Assembly: GCA_947478525.1 (NCBI GenBank)
Contig: CANJVU010000004.1
Location: 22,458 to 86,457, forward strand
Direction: 5' to 3'
From: Thiotrichales bacterium
GTDB lineage: Bacteria > Pseudomonadota > Gammaproteobacteria > Francisellales > CACEW01
Length of the DNA: 64,000 nucleotides
Below the pieces are notes generated by a model. It was not told the DNA's origin. It made no database searches and saw only the letters and a program-made list of their open reading frames with translations. Shown in pieces: positions 26,642 to 36,691 of this stretch; within the stretch, counting starts at the first letter, position 1, and every line of letters starts with the position of its first letter. Made by a program: the position numbers and the translations under genes.

Positions 26642-27477
26642 AAGGATCCTTTGATATTTTTCTTGGCCTGTGGAATCTGTAAATAATTATCCTTCGAAAC
26701 CACAGAACGTCCAAGACGTTTTTCCAATTGTTTACGCGCAACACCTGCAACACCACCACCTTTTTTGGCTACGTGACGGTTTTCTACAAATGTTTGTGGC
26801 TGATCTTTTTTAGAAATTTCCGTGGTAGAAACTTCAGCCAACATCGTCAAAACCAACTCCAGATTGGTCATATGATCACGTAGATTTTCTTTTTTTAACT
26901 CTTTATGTTGCTTATAATTTTTTGTTTTCAACCCTGCCCAGGCAAACGTAATATCATCCGTTAATATTCCAAACTCTTGATTGGTCTTGATGCCTCGATC
27001 ACTCCACTCATTGGTCAAATCTTTGCGAATTTCAATGCTTTTTAACCGTAAATCAACCCACTCTTTGGAATAACCTTTTTTAAGATAAGTTGCCATCGCA
27101 CGTTGAATGGCCAACTCTGGATCTGCAACTTCTTCCACGCGCTCATACCCTACACGCGCAAGCCATAACTTAAATGGCTCTGCATTTGGTGAAGGAATGG
27201 ATTGAATAATACGAAACATAGACTCTGTATCCGCCACATCAGTAAGACGCAACTTACCATCTACAGATACCATTTTCAAACCGTGACATTTTGTCACGGT
27301 TTGACTTCCCTCTTTCTTTAAGCGCTCTTTCAGTTTTCTCCAATAAGCCGTAGGATCAACGCTTCTACTTAATGCACCAATAACATCTACTACCGAAAAA
27401 AACCACTTTTCCTGCCCTTCGTCCCAATGACGACGAATTGTATTACCCGCAAATATCGCTAATTGTTCTTGCTTCAT
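26638..27477 (-). CDS. BRO-N domain / DinD-like protein inserted between glyQ and glyS
   Basis: Start chosen at MKQEQLAIFAGNTIRRHWDEGQEKWFFSVVDVIGAL (BRO-N pattern). The C-terminal half resembles DNA-damage-inducible DinD. The stop overlaps the glyS start (ATGA). Confidence 0.7.
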   Translation of the reverse strand: MKQEQLAIFAGNTIRRHWDEGQEKWFFSVVDVIGALSRSVDPTAYWRKLKERLKKEGSQTVTKCHGLKMVSVDGKLRLTDVADTESMFRIIQSIPSPNAEPFKLWLARVGYERVEEVADPELAIQRAMATYLKKGYSKEWVDLRLKSIEIRKDLTNEWSDRGIKTNQEFGILTDDITFAWAGLKTKNYKQHKELKKENLRDHMTNLELVLTMLAEVSTTEISKKDQPQTFVENRHVAKKGGGVAGVARKQLEKRLGRSVVSKDNYLQIPQAKKNIKGSL

Positions 27478-27520
27478 AGCGCACCCTCGCTCAGAATGTT
27501 TTTTATACTTTACCACATTC

Positions 27521-28408
27521 TCACAGGCTAGACAAAAAACATCCTCTTGCTTCGGCATAATTTTCAGCAATCGCTCTGGCCAAAGTACGCACGCGCAAAA
27601 TATAACGCTGGCGTTCGGTCACCGAAATGGCATGGCGCGCATCGAGCAAATTAAAGGTATGTGAGCATTTTAGCATCATTTCATAAGCAGGCAAAGACAG
27701 CTTTAATTCAACCAAGCGTTTGCTTTCTTTTTCATATGCATCAAACTGACTGAACAGCAGCTCAACATTGGCGCATTCAAAATTATAAGTCGACATTTCG
27801 ATTTCATTTTGCTTGAACACATCACCATATGTGACTTTACCAAAGGGGCCATCGCTCCATACGATGTCAAAAATAGAATCGATGTTTTGCAGGTACATGG
27901 TCAAGCGCTCCAAACCATAGGTTAATTCACCGGTAACGGGCTTGCAGTCTAAACCACCGACTTGTTGGAAATAGGTAAACTGCGACACTTCCATGCCATT
28001 GGCCCAGACTTCCCAACCCAACCCCCAGGCGCCTAACGTTGGCGACTCCCAATTGTCTTCGACAAAACGAATATCATAAATCAACGGATCAATGCCCAGT
28101 GCTTTGAGCGAGCCCAAATACAATTCCTGAATATTATCCGGCGAGGGTTTCAGCACCACCTGAAATTGATAATAATGCTGTACCCGATTTGGGTTTTCAC
28201 CATAACGGCCATCGGTCGGACGACGACTCGGTTGCACATACGCCGCATGCCAAGGCTCTGGACCAATCGCGCGCAAAAAAGTCGCCGGGTGAAAAGTGCC
28301 CGCCCCGACCTCCATGTCATACGGCTGCACAATGACACACCCCTGCTTGGCCCAATACTGCTGCAGGGTAAAAATAATCTCTTGAAAAGTTAACATCGGT
28401 TTAGTCAT
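27521..28408 (-). CDS. glyQ: glycine--tRNA ligase alpha subunit
   Basis: 295 aa: [47 protein letters not shown] is highly conserved GlyQ sequence. Confidence 0.96.
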   Translation of the reverse strand: MTKPMLTFQEIIFTLQQYWAKQGCVIVQPYDMEVGAGTFHPATFLRAIGPEPWHAAYVQPSRRPTDGRYGENPNRVQHYYQFQVVLKPSPDNIQELYLGSLKALGIDPLIYDIRFVEDNWESPTLGAWGLGWEVWANGMEVSQFTYFQQVGGLDCKPVTGELTYGLERLTMYLQNIDSIFDIVWSDGPFGKVTYGDVFKQNEIEMSTYNFECANVELLFSQFDAYEKESKRLVELKLSLPAYEMMLKCSHTFNLLDARHAISVTERQRYILRVRTLARAIAENYAEARGCFLSSL

Positions 28409-28512
28409 AACAACATCCGTTTAATCCTACTGGTGTCCAGTATAACAAAAAACTTGCATCCCAGCACCCAAACGACAATACTATGACCACCTTAGCATTT
28501 TGCAAATTCCTT

Positions 28513-29085
28513 ATGAAAAAATTTAACCTGACCAACCATTTGTTAATTGCTACGCTGCAGCAAGAAGATGGCCCATTTCTGCAAGGCGTAATTTACATCT
28601 GCCAACATGATAAAGATGGCGCAATGGGAATCTTATTAAACCAACCTTTGGGACAATCAAAGTTTAAAGACATTCTCAACCATATGAAAATTGAGTATAC
28701 GAATGATGACCTGGCGGAACCCATTATTCTTGCAGGTGGGCCGGTACAACCTGACCATGGTTTTGTCATCCACAGCCCAATTGGCAAATGGAACACCTCA
28801 ATGACGGTAACGCCTAAAATTGGCATCACTACCTCCAAAGATATTTTACTGGCGATGGCCTCTGCTGGAACCAAAAGCCCACAAAAAGCGGTCATTGCAC
28901 TCGGCTATGCAGGCTGGGAACCCGGCCAACTGGAACAAGAGTTAGTCGATAATGATTGGCTGGCCATCCCCGCTTCTGATCATTTGATCTTTGACACCGA
29001 ACCCGAACACCTGTGGCACCGGGCAATAAAAACGTCGGGCATTAATAATCTGGCGACGTTATCACATTATTCCGGTCATGCTTAA
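28513..29085 (+). CDS. yqgE: YqgE/AlgH family protein (UPF0301)
   Basis: Start at ATG 28513. LLIATLQQEDGPFLQGVIYICQHDKDGAMGILLNQP and HGFVIHS match the family pattern. Lies upstream of ruvX as in many gammaproteobacteria. Confidence 0.85.
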   Translation: MKKFNLTNHLLIATLQQEDGPFLQGVIYICQHDKDGAMGILLNQPLGQSKFKDILNHMKIEYTNDDLAEPIILAGGPVQPDHGFVIHSPIGKWNTSMTVTPKIGITTSKDILLAMASAGTKSPQKAVIALGYAGWEPGQLEQELVDNDWLAIPASDHLIFDTEPEHLWHRAIKTSGINNLATLSHYSGHA

Positions 29086-29575
29086 TATTCAACGGTTACT
29101 AGGCTTCGATTTTGGCCTGCGCCGCATTGGCGTTGCGAGTGGTCAAATGATTACCCGCACCGCAAGCCCCGTCACCATTTTACTGGCCAATGATGGCATC
29201 CCTGATTGGGCGCAAGTGCTAAAGTTAGTAAAACAGTGGCGGCCGGATGCCTTGTTGGTTGGCATCCCCCACAATATGGATGGCTCTGAATGTTCCGTCA
29301 CCCTTGCCGCCAAAAAGTTTTTGGCCGATTTAGCTGCACAGCAATCGATTCCCGTGTACCCGGTCGATGAACGCCTCACCACCAAAGAAGCGCGGCAACA
29401 ACTGCGCGATCAAGGCCATCATAAAAAAGTGGATTGGAAAAGAGTCGACGCCATGGCGGCGTGTTTAATTGTAGAAACCTGGATGAATGATCAGCAACAA
29501 CCGTCCTTTAGTCTTCCAACAACGTCAACACCCGCAATAAATGAAACGACAGCAGACTGTAAAAAGACAACGTAA
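29078..29575 (+). CDS. ruvX: Holliday junction resolvase-like RuvX (YqgF)
   Basis: LLGFDFGLRRIGVASG is the YqgF N-terminal motif. About 25 aa of C-terminal extension overlaps the convergent gene. Confidence 0.85.
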   Translation: MLNIQRLLGFDFGLRRIGVASGQMITRTASPVTILLANDGIPDWAQVLKLVKQWRPDALLVGIPHNMDGSECSVTLAAKKFLADLAAQQSIPVYPVDERLTTKEARQQLRDQGHHKKVDWKRVDAMAACLIVETWMNDQQQPSFSLPTTSTPAINETTADCKKTT

Positions 29576-30200
29576 TCGCGCTGGTAATAAACGACATAAT
29601 TTCTGCGACGATTCTCAACATTCCTTGTGGATTAGTTAACTGCAAATATGCAAAGAGCAGTCCGGGAACAAAAGCAACAAAACCCATCAGCACAGAACCA
29701 AAAAATGTCACACAAAATACCACAACCCAATGATGTTTTACCAAACCACAGCTGCGCTTAATACTGCCCCATGCCGTCACTTTTTCACACACCACAATCG
29801 GCAAATATAAACAAGCAAAAAAAGCAAACACCAAACCCGGAATAATCAAAAAAACCATTCCGACCAGCCCAATCAATAAACATAAAATTGTGGCGCCAAT
29901 AAGCGTAAACAGCGGAATCATGCCCAAACGCAATGCTTGCCCAATACCAATAGCTTGAGCCCCTTCGCTAAATAATTTGGCTGTCGCAATGATCGATGCA
30001 GCTCCAATCAACTGAACCAACCCAGAAATGATTGAGATAAAAAATGCAGCAACAGGATGCGCAAGTATAAATGCTTTTGGTATAAAAGCACCAACCCACG
30101 ATATCAACAATGCCACCACAAAAAACAACCAAAAATGTTGTTTATACATGCGCCACGTCTCAGTATAAACGATTCCAAAAATCGACGATTGATCACGCAT
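29508..30200 (-). CDS. polytopic membrane protein (230 aa), family uncertain
   Basis: Five or six hydrophobic segments. Possibly YciC/UPF0259-like, but this was not verified. Confidence 0.55.
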   Translation of the reverse strand: MRDQSSIFGIVYTETWRMYKQHFWLFFVVALLISWVGAFIPKAFILAHPVAAFFISIISGLVQLIGAASIIATAKLFSEGAQAIGIGQALRLGMIPLFTLIGATILCLLIGLVGMVFLIIPGLVFAFFACLYLPIVVCEKVTAWGSIKRSCGLVKHHWVVVFCVTFFGSVLMGFVAFVPGLLFAYLQLTNPQGMLRIVAEIMSFITSAITLSFYSLLSFHLLRVLTLLED

Positions 30201-30301
30201 GATTAATGCTCCTCAGTGCAACGAAACGGATAAAATCCGCTATATTATAATTGATGTAACCGCTATAATCCAAACAATCACGGCATAAAAGGATCCGCGC
30301 C

Positions 30302-31279
30302 ATGACCTTTCCCTTAAAAACACTCGCCACAGTAACCCTTGCTGGTTTGGCGCTTTGCCTCACTGGATGTTCATCCAAATCACATACCGTACAAGGCTAT
30401 GTCGACGCTGATTATGTCTACGTGTCACCGTACATCAATGGCCAAATCATTAAGCTCAACGTGCAACGCGGTGATACCGTCACGGCAGGTCAGGCCTTAT
30501 TTACCCTACAACCGCAACCGCAATTGGCGAATCTGCAAGCGGCACAAGCGGCAGAGGCAACCGCTGAAGCCAATTTGAAAAATTTACAAACCGGTGAACG
30601 GCCATCAGAATTAGCAACGATTGAGGCGCAAATCGTGCAAGCCCAGGCGCAATTAACTTATGCGCAAAAACAAGAGCAACGCAACAGCACTCTACTCACC
30701 AGCAACAGCGTATCGCAAGATGCATTAGACCAGGCCGTGCAGAATGCCAACGTTGCCATGGGTTTATTAGGACAATACCGCTCGAGTTTAACCACCGCCA
30801 AATTGCCTGCGCGTGAGCAACAAGTCAAAGCGGCAGAAGCCTCGTTGCAACAAGCCATTGCCCAACTGTCGAGTGCACAATGGACCTATCAACAAACCAC
30901 CGTCACGGCACCCGTCGCAGGCCAAGTGTTTGACATTTACCATTGGGCGGGCGAGCAAGCCGTCGCCTCACAACCGGTATTGGTGATGCTGCCACCCAAC
31001 ACCATCAAAGTGATTTTCTTTGTGCCAGAACCCGCATTATCGGCGTTGCACACGGGCGAAACCATTGCGGTAACGTGCGAAAGCTGCAAAACCAGCGTAG
31101 CGGCGACCATTCGTTATATCTCCCCCAATGCCGAATACACCCCACCGGTGATTTACAGTCGCGACAACGACAACAACTTGGTGTATCGCGTGGAAGCCTA
31201 CTTTACGCAAAACCCTACCGCCTGGCACCCCGGCCAACCCGTGCTGGTAACGTTTGACAATGCAGACTCAACGTCATGA
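30302..31279 (+). CDS. HlyD-family membrane fusion/secretion protein (lipoprotein signal)
   Basis: Lipobox LTGCSS, a coiled-coil Gln/Ala-rich middle, and biotinyl-lipoyl-like VQRGDTVTAGQALFTL. Confidence 0.85.
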   Translation: MTFPLKTLATVTLAGLALCLTGCSSKSHTVQGYVDADYVYVSPYINGQIIKLNVQRGDTVTAGQALFTLQPQPQLANLQAAQAAEATAEANLKNLQTGERPSELATIEAQIVQAQAQLTYAQKQEQRNSTLLTSNSVSQDALDQAVQNANVAMGLLGQYRSSLTTAKLPAREQQVKAAEASLQQAIAQLSSAQWTYQQTTVTAPVAGQVFDIYHWAGEQAVASQPVLVMLPPNTIKVIFFVPEPALSALHTGETIAVTCESCKTSVAATIRYISPNAEYTPPVIYSRDNDNNLVYRVEAYFTQNPTAWHPGQPVLVTFDNADSTS

Positions 31280-32205
31280 ACAGCGACATTCTGGCGATTG
31301 ATGTTAAAGACGTCACCAAACGTTTTTACGGCAAAGAAGTCGTGAGCAAGGTATCGTTGCAAGTCAAAACCGGTGAAGTCTACGGCTTTCTCGGCCCCAA
31401 CGGCAGCGGCAAAACCACCACCATTCGCATGATCTGTGGCTTATTACGCGCCGATGAAGGCTCTGGTAGCTGCTTGGGCTATGACATTCTGACCCAATCC
31501 GAATTGATTAAAAACCAAGTCGGCTATATGACGCAAAAATTCAGCTTGTATGAAGACCTGACCATCTATGAAAACCTCGATTTTGTGGCACGCATGTACC
31601 AAGTCAAAGACCGCCAACGTCGGGTACAAGAAAGCATCGATCATTTAGGCATTGGTCGTGAACGACAAAAACAATTGGCTGGCACCTTGTCGGGCGGCTG
31701 GAAACAACGTTTAGCATTGGCCGCAGCAACCATCCACGATCCTAAATTATTGCTGCTCGATGAACCGACGGCGGGTGTCGACCCCAAAGCCCGTCGTGAT
31801 TTCTGGGATGAAATCCATCGCCTCTCTGGCTTAGGCATTACCACGCTGGTGAGCACGCATTATATGGACGAAGCCGAACGCTGCCATCGCCTGGCCTACA
31901 TTGCTTACGGCCATCTGCTCACCTACGGCACCATCGACGAAGTGATCGCCAGCGCCAAGCTGTTTACCTGGGAAGTGCATACGGAAGCTTCAAGCCAACT
32001 GGCCGTTGAATTAAGAACGTTGCCCGCATTTTCACAAGTGACCCTATTTGGCCGAACCCTGCATGTTAGCGGCAGCAATCGTGACGCCATGATCACCGCG
32101 ATGCAGCCTTATCAAACGCCCACCTGCGAATGGCAAGAAATGAACCCCAGCCTGGAAGATGTGTTTATCCACTTCATGCGTTCACAGGAGGATAATTTTG
32201 CGTAA
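31276..32205 (+). CDS. ABC transporter ATP-binding protein
   Basis: Walker A GPNGSGKTTT, signature LSGGWKQR and Walker B LLLLDEPT. Confidence 0.9.
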   Translation: MNSDILAIDVKDVTKRFYGKEVVSKVSLQVKTGEVYGFLGPNGSGKTTTIRMICGLLRADEGSGSCLGYDILTQSELIKNQVGYMTQKFSLYEDLTIYENLDFVARMYQVKDRQRRVQESIDHLGIGRERQKQLAGTLSGGWKQRLALAAATIHDPKLLLLDEPTAGVDPKARRDFWDEIHRLSGLGITTLVSTHYMDEAERCHRLAYIAYGHLLTYGTIDEVIASAKLFTWEVHTEASSQLAVELRTLPAFSQVTLFGRTLHVSGSNRDAMITAMQPYQTPTCEWQEMNPSLEDVFIHFMRSQEDNFA

Positions 32206-33334
32206 CTTCTCGTTGCACCGCCTGTGGGCCATGATCGTCAAAGAATTTATCCAAATGCGCCGCGACCGCGTCACCATGATTATGTTGATGGGCATTCCAC
32301 TGATTCAATTGGTGCTCTTTGGCTATGCCATCAACGTCAACCCGAAACATTTACCCACCATGATCGTCAGCGCCGATCAAAGCAACTTTACCCGCACCTT
32401 TGTCGCGGCGCTGCAAAACACCACTTATTTCGACATCATCAACCCCAATGCTACCGAAGCAGAAGCCAATCAAGCCATGGCGGAAGGCAAACTCTCGTTT
32501 GTCATTAACATCCCCCCCGGATTCACCCAAAAAATGCTACAAGGCCAACATCCGGATATTTTGGTGACTGCCGATGCGACCGACCCAGGCGCCGTCGGTA
32601 GCCCATTGAACGCCCTGCAAACTTTATCTGCACAAGTCTTCACACCGCTGTTATCGCAAGATGGCTTGGCGTTTTTAAAAGCCAGCACACCGCCCTTTAA
32701 CCTGGTGGTGCATTCTGAATATAATCCTGAAAGCATTACCCAATACAACATCGTGCCTGGCTTGATGGGCGTGATTCTCACCATGACCATGACCATGATT
32801 ACGGCCCTTGGCATCACCAAAGAACGCGAACGCGGTACCATGGAAAACCTGCTCGCCACCCCGGTGCGCCCGCTGGAAGTGATGATCGGCAAAATCACAC
32901 CGTACATCATCGTCGGTTATGTGCAACAGATTTTTATTTTATTGGCCGCGGTGTTTTTATTCCAAGTGCCCTGCCAAGGTAATATTGTACTGCTATTGGT
33001 GGCTACGCTACCGTTCATTGCAGCCAACCTGGCAATGGGGTTAACCCTATCGACCGTTGCGCGCAGCCAACTACAAGCGGTACAAATGACCTTCTTCTTT
33101 TTCCTGCCATCGATGCTGTTATCGGGCTTTATGTTCCCTTTCTACGGCATGCCAGAGTGGGCACAAACCATCGGACAAGTATTGCCACTCACCCACTTCT
33201 TACGCGTGGTACGCGGTATTATGCTCAAAGGCAATGGCATCTCAGAAGTATGGTCCAACACCTGGCCCATTTTGGTGTATCTCGGATTTATTAGCATGGT
33301 GTGTTTAAAGCGTTATCGTCAGACGTTGGATTAA
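32198..33334 (+). CDS. ABC-2 type transporter permease
   Basis: TTG start at 32198 after RBS AGGAGG, overlapping the ATPase stop; ATG 32231 is an alternative start. YhhJ/YbhS-like six-TM C-terminal domain. Confidence 0.8.
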   Translation: MRNFSLHRLWAMIVKEFIQMRRDRVTMIMLMGIPLIQLVLFGYAINVNPKHLPTMIVSADQSNFTRTFVAALQNTTYFDIINPNATEAEANQAMAEGKLSFVINIPPGFTQKMLQGQHPDILVTADATDPGAVGSPLNALQTLSAQVFTPLLSQDGLAFLKASTPPFNLVVHSEYNPESITQYNIVPGLMGVILTMTMTMITALGITKERERGTMENLLATPVRPLEVMIGKITPYIIVGYVQQIFILLAAVFLFQVPCQGNIVLLLVATLPFIAANLAMGLTLSTVARSQLQAVQMTFFFFLPSMLLSGFMFPFYGMPEWAQTIGQVLPLTHFLRVVRGIMLKGNGISEVWSNTWPILVYLGFISMVCLKRYRQTLD

Positions 33335-35490
33335 TCGTGAGCACGTTGTTCCAATAACGCTTGATGACACAACGCCAAATCTTCCAGCAAATTAAGCAGG
33401 TGAATAATTTTAATAGAATCCGCAAAAGGCAGACGATCTCCTACCAAAAAGCGAGCACGCAACAGTTGTTTATAATCAGCCACTGCACTCGCCACAGCTT
33501 GTAAATTGGGTTGGGTTTGATGCAACGCCAGCGCTTTTTCCACCATACGCATAATCTGCGGGTCTTGCTGCGACAGATCTAAGGTCTGCAACGCCAGCAC
33601 CACGCCGGCCAAGAGATGATAATAGCGATACCAAAGCGTCGCCATAACCTCTGTTGTTTTACCAAACTGTGGATTCGCCCAACTGAACACCCTAAAGTCG
33701 CGCAACTGATTACGTAGCCCATTAAACTCGGGCCGTAACGGTAAAGTCGGTAAACGCACAGCCTGATTCTGCTGCAGCAATGGTAATAAGGCAGAATGTA
33801 TCACCTCAGTATACCATTGCAGTTGCGCATGATAATGCTGGAGCATTCTTCTATCGGAAAAGGGCCAGATCCATATCAAGAAAACCAATAAAAATAACGC
33901 TCCCACCAACACCATCGCCAAGATAATCACCGCACTTTGCCAGCTTTCCAGTGGGCCTGGGCCTACCAGGACATCGGTAAAAAACAGATAGGACGACAAC
34001 AGCCCGGTAAAAATATAGTGACTGGGACCATATTTAATATAAGCCAAGAAAAAACTAAACAGCGTAATGCCAAGCAGATACGCCCAAATATGGGTAAAAT
34101 TAAACGCCATAAACACCAGTGCTGCAAAGGTGCCGATCACTGCACCCGCAACGATCGAGAACAACTTTTGCTTGGTAACATTAAAATCAAACTGCAGTGA
34201 AAGCGCCGTCATCAAACTTAATACCAACACCCCGTTCAAATGCAAACTCAAGCCTATAAACGGCAACAACACCACCAATAAACCACTTTTAAAAGCATAT
34301 TCCCAGTAGTAACGATCAAACACAAAAAAATGCCGCCATCTGGCCTTACGTGATACCTTGGAAGCCTTAATGGGTGTGGTGTCATTAAAATGACGCAGCA
34401 ACCACAATAACTCTTCCTGGCGCACCAAAAAATTGCTCCACTCATGCATTTCATCCATCGCAACAGTCACACCCTGTTGTTCCCGGAATTGCGCCGCCTG
34501 TTGCATCAGGTGCTGCAAAGCAACTTGCCAGCGATCAAACATTATAGACAGTTGATTGGCATTTTTACCCTCGCCATCAATATATTCAACCATCGCCTCA
34601 AATGCTGCTGCGATCGCCTCTTGCAACGCCTGCAAGGGCACTGAAAAACGCTGCATAATACTACAGGCATGATTTTGATGATGCAGATAGAGGCCCGCGA
34701 TAATTTCTTGCGCCATAAACACCACATGCTCCAGTGCAGCGCTATGGAACGTAGCCCGGCGCGTAAACAGCCGCTCCTGCCGCACAAAGCGACGCAGCGC
34801 AATCTGCGTATCCGCCAATGCAATTAAGTCTTTGAGTTTACGCTGAAATGCTGGATCAGGCTGATTAAACCGGTATCGATTCAAACAAGCTACCTGCAGC
34901 TTGGCTAAACTTTTTAATAAGGCACTGTTATTTTTCTTCAGATCATCTTTGGCAAAAGGGCTGCGCAATACGAAAGTGACCACCAAGGCACACAGGCTAC
35001 CAATGGCAACTTCTAACCCTCGCAAATAAGCCGTATGAGCAATCTCCACTGAGGCCGTTAAAGCCGGGCTGCTAAAAACCACCATCAAAAAAGTGATGGG
35101 ACCATAAAGCCAGACAAAGGGGGTGCGACTTTTCGCTGAAAAATAAAGACAAATGGTCATCCCCACCACCGCGATGAACAACAATACCGGCGTCGAAACC
35201 TGGAAATAATCCATGATGGCCCACGCCACAAAAACACTGGTGGTGGTGGTAAGAATCCGTTCCAAGGTATTGGAAATCGTCGCCCCTCTAGAAACTTGCA
35301 CTACCGCAAAACCAGTCCAGGCAGCCCAAGTGGGGTTATCAATATGAAAAGCCCAAGCGATCAATAGCGCCAACAATGAAGCGATACAGGCTCTGATGGA
35401 GAGAATACAACGCTCCGATTTCCACGACAGATTTTTTAAATCTGTGATCATGGTCAGGAACAAGGTACGGGCAGGTGTCAAAATTTGCAT
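33331..35490 (-). CDS. FUSC-family (fusaric acid resistance/AaeB-like) membrane protein
   Basis: 719 aa with two hydrophobic multi-TM blocks separated by a long soluble helical region, the FUSC architecture. Confidence 0.7.
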   Translation of the reverse strand: MQILTPARTLFLTMITDLKNLSWKSERCILSIRACIASLLALLIAWAFHIDNPTWAAWTGFAVVQVSRGATISNTLERILTTTTSVFVAWAIMDYFQVSTPVLLFIAVVGMTICLYFSAKSRTPFVWLYGPITFLMVVFSSPALTASVEIAHTAYLRGLEVAIGSLCALVVTFVLRSPFAKDDLKKNNSALLKSLAKLQVACLNRYRFNQPDPAFQRKLKDLIALADTQIALRRFVRQERLFTRRATFHSAALEHVVFMAQEIIAGLYLHHQNHACSIMQRFSVPLQALQEAIAAAFEAMVEYIDGEGKNANQLSIMFDRWQVALQHLMQQAAQFREQQGVTVAMDEMHEWSNFLVRQEELLWLLRHFNDTTPIKASKVSRKARWRHFFVFDRYYWEYAFKSGLLVVLLPFIGLSLHLNGVLVLSLMTALSLQFDFNVTKQKLFSIVAGAVIGTFAALVFMAFNFTHIWAYLLGITLFSFFLAYIKYGPSHYIFTGLLSSYLFFTDVLVGPGPLESWQSAVIILAMVLVGALFLLVFLIWIWPFSDRRMLQHYHAQLQWYTEVIHSALLPLLQQNQAVRLPTLPLRPEFNGLRNQLRDFRVFSWANPQFGKTTEVMATLWYRYYHLLAGVVLALQTLDLSQQDPQIMRMVEKALALHQTQPNLQAVASAVADYKQLLRARFLVGDRLPFADSIKIIHLLNLLEDLALCHQALLEQRAHD

Positions 35491-35504
35491 GGACGACTCT
35501 TGTA

Positions 35505-35580
<76 letters not shown>

Positions 35581-35645
35581 TTCAGTCTTCTGCATTGTAA
35601 CGACTCAGCGCAAAAACTCAAGAAAAAAGGCAACACAAAAAGAAA

Positions 35646-35675
35646 AACCCCGTGAATTTTTCAACTCACGGGGTT
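35646..35675 (-). terminator. rho-independent terminator after the HU gene
   Basis: 10-bp stem AACCCCGTGA / TCACGGGGTT, followed on the minus strand by TTTTCT. Confidence 0.7.
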
Positions 35676-35697
35676 TAGACTTAACTAAAAAACCAAA

Positions 35698-35970
35698 TTA
35701 GTTAACGCTGTCTTTCAATGATTTACCCGCGCTGAAAGCAGGAACTTTAGAAGCTTTGATTTTGATTGCTTCGCCGGTTTTTGGGTTACGACCGGTACGA
35801 GCAGCGCGCTTACGCACTTCAAAGGTACCAAAGCCCACCAACTGCACTTTATCGCCTTTTTTCAAAGCCTTGGTGATGCTGCAGGTGGTCGCGTTCAATA
35901 CTTTTTCTGCTTCGGTTTTGGTTACGTCTGCAGCTTTAGCAATTGCTTCTACTAATTGAGCCTTATTCAT
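35698..35970 (-). CDS. hupB: DNA-binding protein HU
   Basis: 90 aa: [27 protein letters not shown]...[26 protein letters not shown]. Confidence 0.92.
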   Translation of the reverse strand: MNKAQLVEAIAKAADVTKTEAEKVLNATTCSITKALKKGDKVQLVGFGTFEVRKRAARTGRNPKTGEAIKIKASKVPAFSAGKSLKDSVN

Positions 35971-36243
35971 TATATTCTTCCTTATTTAGTTGATGGAGAA
36001 GGTTTCCACGGGTATTTTCATACCGAAAATAATCATAATGTAAAAGCACACCCAACGTCAAACACATTCGATGCCATCAGCATTCTCGGCAAAAGGCCAC
36101 CCTCAACGCCTTTGATTTGAAGGATAGCACAGTTTTAAAAAACTGCAACTCTATTTATTACGGGTGTTTGTTATAAAAATGCTTGTTTTTTAATCTTGTT
36201 AGTGTAGAATGCAAAACGATCAAGATAAAATAGGAGATCTGAT

Positions 36244-36687
36244 ATGAAGCAACGTGGCTTTACCTTAATTGAATTATTAATTGTGGTGGTGATTGTTGGC
36301 ATCTTGGCCGCTGTGGCAATTCCCGCCTATAGTACTTACATCAACAAAGCACGCATGGCTGAAGTCATTTCCGCCATTGGACCAGCGGAAACCGCAGCGG
36401 CTGAATATGCCATTTCTAATAATGGGTTTACTGGCTTTAGCGATGCCTCCATTGAAACCACCACTGCCAGCAAATACATCGACAGCATCGCTGTACAAGG
36501 CTCACCAAACACCACCCTAACGTTGCAAATAAACGTAAATACTACGCTGCTCAGTGCCGGCGCTGAAGCGCTTAATTTTGTGGGGAATTATCAAGATACA
36601 GGCGTGACCTGGGAGTGCCAGATTCCCTCAGCATCAACTCAACTGGCGAAAATCGCCCCGTCGAGTTGTAAACGCATGAGCAGCTAA
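36244..36687 (+). CDS. pilA: type IV pilin
   Basis: Prepilin leader and N-methylation motif [31 protein letters not shown]-terminal Cys pair is present. Confidence 0.88.
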   Translation: MKQRGFTLIELLIVVVIVGILAAVAIPAYSTYINKARMAEVISAIGPAETAAAEYAISNNGFTGFSDASIETTTASKYIDSIAVQGSPNTTLTLQINVNTTLLSAGAEALNFVGNYQDTGVTWECQIPSASTQLAKIAPSSCKRMSS

Positions 36688-36691
36688 TGCC

